Positions 1 to 10,200 of a DNA stretch of 64,000 nt are shown here, piece after piece. Source of the DNA: Bugula neritina (lineage: Eukaryota; Animalia; Bryozoa); assembly GCA_964035545.1 (NCBI GenBank), contig OZ037773.1:2013751-2077750 (forward strand), given 5' to 3'. Below the pieces are notes generated by a model. The model saw only the letters and a program-made list of their open reading frames with translations. It ran no database searches and was not told the origin of the DNA. The position numbers were made by a program, and so were the translations under genes. The first letter of the stretch is position 1. Every line of letters begins with the position of its first letter.

Positions 1-770
1 GTAAGTGTAATATACTGTTGTATAGTAAGTGTAATATACTGTTGTATAGTAAGTGTAATATACTGTTGTATAGTAAGTGAAATATACTGTTGTGTAGTAA
101 GTGTAATATACTGTTGTACAGTAATTGTAATATACTGTTGTAAAGTAAGTGTAATATACTGTTGTAAAGTAAGTGTGATATACTGTTGTAAAGTAAGTGT
201 AATATACTGTTGTATAGTAAGTGTAATATACTGTTGTATAGTAAGTGTAATATACTGTTGTACAGTAAGTGTAATATACTGTTGTATAGTAAGTGTAATA
301 TACTGTTGTATAGTAAGTGTAATATACTGTTGTACAGTAAGTGTAATATACTGCTGTACAGTAAGTGTAATATACTGTTGTATAGTAAGTGTAATATACT
401 GCTGTACAGTAAGTGTAATATACTGCTGTACAGTAAGTGTAATAATATACTGTTGTATAGTAAGTGTAATATACTGTTGTATAGTAAGTGTAATATACTG
501 TTGTAGAGTAAGTGTAATATACTGTTGTAGAGTAAGTGTAATATACTGTTGTATAGTAAGTGTAATATACTGTTGTACAGTAAGTGTAATATACTGTTGT
601 ACAGTAAGTGTAATATACTGTTGTACAGTAAGTGTAATATACTGTTGTACAGTAAGTGTAATATACTGTTGTACAGTAAGTGTAATATACTGCTGTACAG
701 TAAGTGTAATATACTGTTGTACAGTAAGTGTAATATACTGTTGTACAGTAAGTGTAATATACCTACTGTT
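1..770. repeat. 24-bp minisatellite (GTAAGTGTAATATACTGTTGTA(C/T)A)n, about 32 copies
   Basis: Direct tandem repeat running from the window start. ORFs 175..774, 210..506 and 549..839 are translations of the repeat. Confidence 0.97.
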
Positions 771-1241
771 ATAGATATTTCAATACAATATACAGCTTAT
801 AGTTTACAAAGATGTAAAGATGCAGTGTTTATTAATTGACATGAAACAGGTGCCCGCCTGGCATTTTTATTAACTGCAGGATTGTAGTCTTATTTAAAAC
901 TACAAAAATATCCCTGAAATCGGTTTGTAATTTGCATACATTCCAGTATCTAATTAGAACTGTTTTTAACTTCATGACTTGTTACTTAACCACCACTTGT
1001 TACTCAAGTAGTACTTGTTATTCAAGTAATACTTGCTACCCAAGTACTACATGTTACCTGAGTAATACTTGCTACTCAAGCAGATACTTTAATTTACACA
1101 AATCCCAAAGTTGAAGCAAATAATATAAATCTCACTAATAAAACACATCACATATGCTATGTTGCACATATATTTATCATATTATAATATAACTGATTAC
1201 ATATAATACATTGTATAAATCTAATATATTATATATTGCAG

Positions 1242-4200
1242 ATGCCATATGAGGAGATAGAACTGAGAGAGTCAAAATCTGACCTCATGACGTCACCACA
1301 CAATGAAAAAGATAGTAAGGGTTGTACCCTCTCACTTCCCATGGGCTTCCTCCTTCTCCTATTGGCTGTACTCCTGTCGGTGGGCGTCGGCCTGATTGTG
1401 TTCTTTGCTACAGGAAACAACCAAGTGAAATGTGCAGACTCAGATGTAAGTTACCTTACAATAAAATATCCCACAAAACAACAGATAGTGTCGTCTTAGT
1501 GTCTTCTTACAATAACATCTTACGCAAAATAACATACAATGTCTTCTCTATTCAAAATATGTTTCTACTTTGTAGGATGTTTCTGGTGGGACAGGAGCTC
1601 AGATTGGAGGGAATGGTGATGGAGTTTGGTGGCCAGACTCTATGTGTCTTGTGACTTGTGAGTATCTATAGTATTTGTAATATGTATTATTGCTAGTTAG
1701 TGTTACTAGTAACAGTGTTTATGAGTTATAACATATGTTGTTTCTAGTTAGCACTACTAGTAAGAGTATTTATCATATATTATATTGTTATTAGTTAGTG
1801 TTACTAGTGTCCATCTTTGCTGTTACAGGTATTAACAATGGCTACTGCAAGGGTGATGTGAGTCATCCACTAAATACTACTAAAGCTGCATCACCCACTC
1901 TACCAACCACCACATTACCTACTACTACAGAAATTACCACAACACCTGGGAAAGTGAGAATTTCTTTTACACAAACCTTCTCTATGTTATCAGCTGTGTT
2001 ATGAATATCATATCAAAATATCTGATTTTCCTCCAGGTGAGAGATGTGAGACTACCATTACATCTGATACCACTACACTATGACATAGATATGAAACCAG
2101 ATATCTACCAATCAGATCCAAAGATGTTTACCAACACTGGAAGAGTGAAAATAGATATGAGATGTGATGTTGAAACAAATGTTGTTACTATTCACATTAA
2201 ACAACTCAACATCACATCTTTTCAGCTTACCAAGCAAGGTTGGTATTCAGCAATGATTTTATTCCTAAAAATGATAATTTAAAAACTTGTTGCGCAGTTA
2301 TGAAACCTAAAAGTATTTTATTTTTAATCTTATAACAAAATATTTTAAAAAGTTCAACTGCTTGAATGTTGTAAAAATAATAATGAGTATTGTTTTTAGA
2401 TGGGACAAGTATAGATATAATTGGAGAGCCAATCTATGACAAGGCGAGAGAATTTGTAAAATTTCCAACTCAAACCAAACTTACCGTGGGAAACACTTAT
2501 ACACTAGACGTTGGATATGAAGGCCCATTACAGAATGATTTAGCTGGATTATATTATAGTAGTTATGATAAGGTTGACAGTACTACAAATACTGTTACTA
2601 AAAGGTACATACTATACATGATACATACACATATAGTGTTTTCAATGCATTAACTAATTTTCGGCTTGTCTGTCTGTTTGTCTAATTATATAGCACATCA
2701 TAACTTCGCTGATCATAATAAAGCTAAATACTGTTCAAGCATTGAGTCCCCTCTAATTGTAGATATCTTGCTACTACTCAATACCAAGTTACAGACGCAA
2801 GAAAGGCGTTTCCGTGTTTTGATGAGCCTGCACTAAAGGCTACATTTACTATTTCTTTGTTGAGGAAGGCTGGTTATACGGCCCTTTCTAATACAGGTGT
2901 TGAAAAGACTGAATTACTGTAAGTTAGCCTTTAAATGTTCACTAACTCTTTATTTACTTGATCCTGCATATAGGTGTCTAGCAATAATTATAATAGCTCC
3001 CACCAATGCTAGGAAGTGTTGAGGAAGGTTGAGCCAGCACTAAGTCTGTTGAGTGTATAACGTGTGATCTATATCTTAGATCCAATTTCAATTTGATATT
3101 GTTATAGTTTTCAGATTTAGGGTTGATGTGCCACCAAGAGAGTCTATTTAACACTAGAGAAACTTCACCAGTTAAGTCGAGTAGATATCGTTATATTTAA
3201 TACAAGAATACATAATAAAAATCCAGTGTACAACAGTAATGATACGCACGTCTATTTAGTTTACAGCACTATCCTCAACTGAGCTAGTAGCGCGAAGCGG
3301 CTACTATTACTTATAAAACAGCCTAGATAATTGGCTAATACATTGTTCCGGGTCAATACGCAACCTTGCGTATTGTGTTGCTGGTAGCTCCACGAGCCAC
3401 CACACTGCCCCCTCCAGCAGAAAGCCCACTTTCTGATAAAATAAAATTCACATAAAAAACGTATACTTCGTTGTGGGGGGGGGTAAGAGAACAGTATAAA
3501 AGTATATACAAAAAAAACAACAACTGATAAAAAATATACAGGTATATATAACGTGCACACTAAGTAATAAGCAAGAGAAGGTCCTATCTACATGTAGAGT
3601 ACGTGCCACCATTACGGTAGGGAATGCCACAGAGAGGTAGGGAAATGAGTAGTATGGAGTTGTAGGTAGATTCGAGTTAACTGCGGGCCGCACGCTTCAT
3701 GCGTTTAATAGACTCCTGTAAGTATTTGAGTTCACTGGATGCAGCCTGTACTCGTGGGGCCAGCCTGTACACTTCTTGCTCCAAGTCGTGCGCCCTAGCT
3801 TCTACTTCACGTAGGTTGCGGGCCCAGGGGGACGAGCGAGAGGAAGTCGGCTGTCTGTGTCTTTTCCGCTCTGAAGATGGAAGGGGAGGAGGGAGTGTAT
3901 ATGCATTTGTGTCTACCTTCTGTAGTACGACACGAGGAAAGGTATGCGGCATGCGTAGAGGACTGCGAGGTGGAGAGTTAGCAGACTGGGTAGGTTTATC
4001 TGCGGCTCCAGAGATGATGGGCCGCGGGGAAGGGAAGCCTTGCTCCAGGCGAGATAGCCGAGCTGAGTCAGTGATGAGTGGTTTGATGGCGTTGAGAAAG
4101 GCAGGATAGGATGATTCGTCTACTTCATAGACATGCCCTTGATAACACTGCATAGTACGTTGGTGCCGCAACAGGTAATCACGATTGTAGCTATATTCTC

Positions 4201-7200
4201 CGCAAGGGCAGAAAGTGGTGACGTAGTGTTGCGGCAAGTGTACTTTTAGTCTGCGGTGAGTCGTGAATCGCTGTTGGCAGAGGTTGCATTCACGATTACT
4301 CTCACCTCCTTGATGGGTCCTGATCTCTCTCTCTGTGGCAGGGGTAATCCAGTTGGAGGTTGCTTCCAACTGGGGTGGCAGTTTCCTGGTGGTAGAAGTT
4401 GTTGGGGCCGGCTCTGAGTCCCACGCCATCTCTAGAGAAGGCATGCCCGGAGAGACGGGCGCGAGTGTGTCTACAAAAGTAGAATTAGTGTTAGATCGCG
4501 GTGGATCTTTACAACCTAATTCTAGTGACTGTCGACTGTTGCTAGCCTGAGAGTCACTGCTTTTGGAATGCACTCGAGGAACTGATGAATCATGTGTGGA
4601 CTGACCAAGAACAGTGTCTAGCTCCAGGTCTAACAGACCATCGGCCATTACAGTGTCTTCATCGTCATTCACATGAAACGTGGTTCCCAGTAATTCTGAT
4701 TCAATCTGCTGAATTAGTTCAGAATCTACTGGCATCGAGCCCGTTTCCATGAATAGGAATACAAGACTTATACTGGCTTACCTGGGAACTCGGTATTAAT
4801 GTCCATACTCAACGTTCTTGGTAAGGTTGGAGCTGGTTGTGAGATACGTCTGCCTTTGGCGATGTCAGCATAAGAAAAGGCTGAGCATCGTTTCCGAGAC
4901 ACGAGGTCGGAACTATTTGCTTTACGCGCATTAATTCCTCCCACTATTCCGCCCTCGCAAAAGTTGATATTTGCGTGGGGTTCACAACTCCAACATATCG
5001 TACGGTTTTCCCCTAGACTTTCATGTGCGCCGCTTCTAATGCAGTCACATATGAAGTCTTTCAAATACGGTGGGGGTTTCCTCGTACGCTGTCCCCTTTC
5101 TAGGGGGGGTGACACGCTTGCCGGTTCGCTAGTAGGGGCCTCTAATGGCGTCTCTACTTCACCGTTAGTGGTCACCTCTTCTTGTTCTCCGGATGGAGCC
5201 CCTCCCTCCGTGGGGGTTTGCACTTCCGGAACCGGCTCGGTTTCTGGAAGTGATGGAATTAGACTTGGCGGTGGCGGACACGCTTCTGTTGACAAAAGCT
5301 GCCGCTCCTCTCTCACCAAGTTTTCCTTCCGCGGTATGACCACTTCGTATTCAGGTCCATGCCGCCGTCGCCCGCGCGTCGTTGTCTGCCTCCTGGGCTC
5401 TAACAACGGGGGGGGGGCTTCTCCCACTCCGTCAGGGCTAGCCCAATACGGTTTCAAGCGAGACTCATTCTGGATAGACACCTGTCCTGAGCGCTCAATC
5501 TTGTACGTATGATTGGGCATAGCCTCGACGACCACGTAGGGGCCTACGAACTTAGGCTTCAGCTTATCAGCCTGTCCGCGGCGCCTACGGTAATTGACCA
5601 TCCACACCTTATCTCCCCTTTGATAGAGAGGTGGTTCATCGGAATCTTCGTGCCGCACCTTCCACTGCTGTTGACGCAGTATCTCGTGTGCGGCCTTCAT
5701 CCGTTCCACTAGTTCACTGGCATACTCATGGACTGAGTTATCCTGCTCTGGAACGTGATAGGTGAGATGGTCAGGGACACGAGTCTCCCTCCCGAGCATC
5801 AAGAGGTTTGGGGTCTCACCAGTACTGGTGTGTGGGGTGCTACGGTATGCACGCATGACTTGCGGCAACACCGTATCCCATTCCTCTTGACCTCGTCCAA
5901 GGAGGAGACTCCGGAGTGCATCACCTAGCATCCGGTTGTTGCGCTCCACCACCCCGTTACCTTGAGGGTGGTAGGGGGTGGTCCTGCTCTGATTTACTCC
6001 CCAGAGGTGGCAAAGGTCGCTCATCAGTTGAGACTGGAATTGAGCGCCTTGATCAGAGTGTATCTGTTCGGGAAGCCCAAAATAACAGAATACATGTTGG
6101 TCTAGTGCCCTGGCCACTGTTGGGGCTGATGCATCTGGAATCGCCAGAGCATCCGCCCACCTAGTAAAGTGGTCGGTTAGTACTAGGATCCAATTATTGC
6201 CTCTGGGGGTCATGGGCATGGGTCCGACCAGGTCTACAGCGACTACTTGCCAGGGCCTACCAGCATATAGCCTCCGCCGTCCTGCTTCACCAGGGGGGCG
6301 GCTATGCTTACTGGCCTGGCAGATCTCACACTGTTTGACTCTGAGCCGGACGTCACGCTCCATCTGCGGCCAATACCACCGGAGTCGTAATTTGGATATC
6401 ACTCGCTTGACCCCTGCGTGGGCCTGCTTGTGAGTATCCCAAATCAACTCACGGCGGATGGCTGTGGGGCAGACTACCCTCTTCCTTTCCGGGTGTCTGC
6501 CGCTGGCAGCTAGAGAGATGGTTAGCAACCCATCCTGCCCGATCCGCAGCGAGTCCCAACGCTGACAGTATAGCCGGAACTCGGCGCATCCTGGTCGTAT
6601 GCGTTCCTCGCTGGGTCGTCGCCCTTCCTTTTTGGCCCGGTATATGTCTGCCACGACTCCAGGCAGCTCTTCTTGGAGCTTCTTCAGCTCTCGAACATTA
6701 CCGGCCAGTACAGGGTTGGCGCGGAGGTTTTGTACATCCTCCGGGGACTCATCAACTCTCTGCCTGAGTTGACCTTGATCCCAGTCAAATGATGCTCCGT
6801 GATGAGCCAGCGTCTCCAACTCGCATCGTGGGGGACCTCCATCCCTCCTCTCAATGTTGAGACACTGTTTGCAACCTCCGTCAGGTCGGCGACTCAACCC
6901 ATCCGCATTGCTGTGTCTCTTGCCCGGTCGATGTTCGATCCGGTATGAGAATTCAGCTAGGATTTCGAGCCACCGGGCGACCTGACTAGAGGGCTCTGCT
7001 CTCCTGCACAACCAGATCAGCGAGGCATGATCCGTACGCAGCCGGAACTTCCTGCCATATAGGTATGGTCTGAAGTGCTTCACTGACTTGATTACTGCCA
7101 GCAGCTCCTTGCGGGTAGTGCAGTAATTTCGTTCAGCGGGAGAGAGAGACTTGCTGTAGTAGGCTACTACTACCTCTCGGCCTTCCTGCACTTGTGACAA

Positions 7201-10200
7201 CACAGCGCCAACATTCTGGTCACTGGCGTCCGTGTCTAGGATGTACTCCAGAGTGGGGTCTGGGTAGGCCAAGATGGGGGCCGTTAGTAGGCAGCCCTTG
7301 AGGCGGTCGAACGCTTCTTGTTCGACTGGAGTCCACTGCCACGTCACTCCCTTTGCGGTGAGCCGGTTTAACGGCTGGGCTATGCCCGCAAAGTCTGGTA
7401 TGTATTGCCTGTAATACCCTACCAGCCCCAAGAAAGCCCGGAGTCCGGTCAAGTCTTGGGGGGTGACCCAGTCTTCTACTGCCCGTACCTTTTCGGGATC
7501 CGTTGCCACGCCGTTTCGACCGACAACGTGCCCCAGGTACTTGACCTCCGGCTGCAATAGAGCGCACTTGGAAGGTTTGAGCTTAAGACCGGCACCTCGG
7601 AGTCTCTCGAAAACCTCCTGCAGACGACTGACATGTGTCTCGAAGTCTGGAGAGATTACGATGACATCATCGAGGTAGACCAGCAGTGTCTTCCAATGGA
7701 GTCCGCTAAGGACTTGTTCCATCAGCCTCTGGAAGGTGGCTGGGGCGGAGGTTAACCCGAAGGGCAGCACCTTCCACTTCCACAAACCGTCCCGTGTGAT
7801 AAACGCCGCTTTCTCCTGGGCGTCGGGACTCAGAGGAACCTGCCAATAGCCGCTTAGCAAGTCTAACGTACTGAAGTACTTGCTGCCGGCTAGGGCGTCC
7901 AATGACTCGTCAATACGAGGTAGAGGGTAGGCGTCCTGTATGGTTACGCTATTGAGTTTGCGGTAGTCCACACAGAACCGCCAACTGCCGTCTTTCTTCC
8001 GGACCAGTACGACTGGCGAGCTCCACGCACTGTGGGCGGGCTCTATCAGTCCCCGGTCCAGAAGATCCCGTACTTGTCGGCTAACCTCCTTCTCTTTCTC
8101 CGGCCCCAGCCTGCGCGTGGGCTGCCGGACAGGGGTTGTCCCTGCAGTCAGCGGTATTTCGTGTCTGACAATTCCAGTCAGTCCCACGTCATGCTCTCCG
8201 CTGCTGAACACATCACCGTAGTCGCGTAGTAACTTGGCCATAGCTTGGCGTTCTCTGTTACTCGCGCAGCCGCCACTGGCTGTTTCATATAACTCCCGGA
8301 GATGTGTTGGGACTGCCCCTCGTCCCTGAATAGGGTGTCGAGGGGGTGCCTCCGTCGCGTCACCCAGCGACGGGCCCACGTCCTCTTCCTGGACGGAATG
8401 GAACCGGCCCAGCATTGACCCAGCTGGGAGCTCAATGGGCTCGGTAAAGGGGTTGACGCACTGCACTAAGACCTCCCCTCGCTCAGTTAGTCGGTTTAAA
8501 CTACTGGCGAGTTGGATCTTTTCGTGCGCGCTTTCAACGACCCCGAGCCTGGCTATCCGGTTGCTGTTCACTCGGCAGTGGATAGTAGCTCTGGAGCGTC
8601 CGGGTACGGTGCAGTTTCGAACTACCTGAACACCGCCCACCAGAGGACGCCCAAACTTATCCACACAGGCGAGTTCTCGCCCGCCCATCAGCACCACCGA
8701 TTTACTGAAATCTATTCGGCACTGGTGTTGCTTCAAGAAGGGCATTCCGAGGATAGCATCTTCCTCCAGTTGACCTATGATAAAGGTCTCCTGTACAGCC
8801 TGATCTCGGACACGCCCAGGGAGCTCGATAATACCATAAAAGGGGATACATGACCCGTCTGCCAGGGTGCCATGCTCTCCAGCATACGGTCGTACTCTAT
8901 CCCTGTCCCGGCGGGGCAGTGCCTCAAAGACTCTGCGACTGAGAAGGTTGGTAGTACAACCGGAGTCGAGCAGGAAAGTGACGGCGTTGCCGGCTACCTT
9001 TCCGGGTAGGAAATAGCTCTCTCCATGTGGTTGTACTTTCACCCCCCCCGCATGTGCTATCCTGTTTTGACAGGACGGCGGGGGTTTCACCCGTGGTTTA
9101 CGGGGCTTCCGGCGGCGAGGTTGGTGCCGGCGGGGTTTGGGCCTCTCCACTGGGCCTTCTGGCTCCATTTCAGTGGCGGGCTCCTCTTCCCGAGGTAACC
9201 GGTGAAACCGGTTAGCGAGTGGCAGGGAGAAGGTACTGGGCCGTTGTGCGGGCCTACTAGTCCTGCGTGGTACCTGCCACTCGGGTGGAATGTTCCGCCG
9301 TGTCCGTACGGACAGACGACGTCGCGCTCCACCATACTCCTTTAGTTGCGGCCCACGGGGAGGGAGTGTGTCCGCGGGCCGTGACAGTTTAACGCCCCCT
9401 GGTATTGGGGTCGTCCTTTCTGTCCCTGGTCCTGATCAGCGCTACTCCAGCCCTGCCCCACAGATGTTGGGGACATCCGCAAGGCCTGACCGGGGCCAGC
9501 ACCGGCCAGAATGGTTACCAATTGTCCCAGCATCTCTACCATGCGGTCCACTTCGGCTTCCAGCGGGAGGGCTTCGGAGCCTGTCGTAGCCCTGGCAGCG
9601 CTGACTCCAACTACTGGGGGGTTCCTTTGTGCTCGATGCATTTGGGTAGCCAACAGGTAAGCTTCTCCAGCCTTCAGGGCATCCTCTATTCTGGTTATCC
9701 CTTTAGCTCGTAGGTGATGGTCTAGGCCCAGGTCGTTTAGGGACTGGACAAAGGCGTCATAGGTGTAACGCTCTTGGTGTTGTGCTGGCAGATCGCTATA
9801 TGCAATCTGCGCCAGCTTCTTCACCGTCGCGGCATGTTCTTGCAGCGAGGTCCGCGGGGTGCGGCACAATCTCTCCAGCTTGGTCCTAGCGTCTATGACG
9901 GAGGTGCCAAAACGGGCCCGCAGCGCAGCCAGTATGCCGTCTACGTCCGTTCCCACTCCGTACGGCTTGGCTTGTTCCGTCACCGCCCTCCGCAATTTGA
10001 TAAGGGCCACTCTATGCGGCCATTGAGCAACTTCCATTACCTCTCTAAATTCTTGTATAAATTGTTCGACATCTTCCGACCCAGTAAAGGTGGGAGCTTC
10101 AAGCAATGTCTATAAGCTTCTTCTCCTTCACGATTCACAGGATTAACAGCATTTCTACGCTCACCTTCTACTGGGGGTGGTTGCATTCTAGCATTTTCAG

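Noticed and set aside
1-770. CRISPR-like array
   Set aside because: Head-to-tail repeats without unique spacers, in eukaryotic DNA.
175-839. Cys-rich repetitive ORFs (IYCCTVSV)n and (YSKCNILL)n
   Set aside because: Translations of the 24-bp minisatellite with no independent coding evidence.
3677-4750. ORF3 as an env gene
   Set aside because: No signal peptide, furin site/fusion peptide arrangement or TM anchor; it has zinc-finger motifs instead.
3699-10115. Many + strand ORFs inside gypsy element 1
   Set aside because: Antisense shadows of GC-rich gag/pol/ORF3 with no recognisable motifs.
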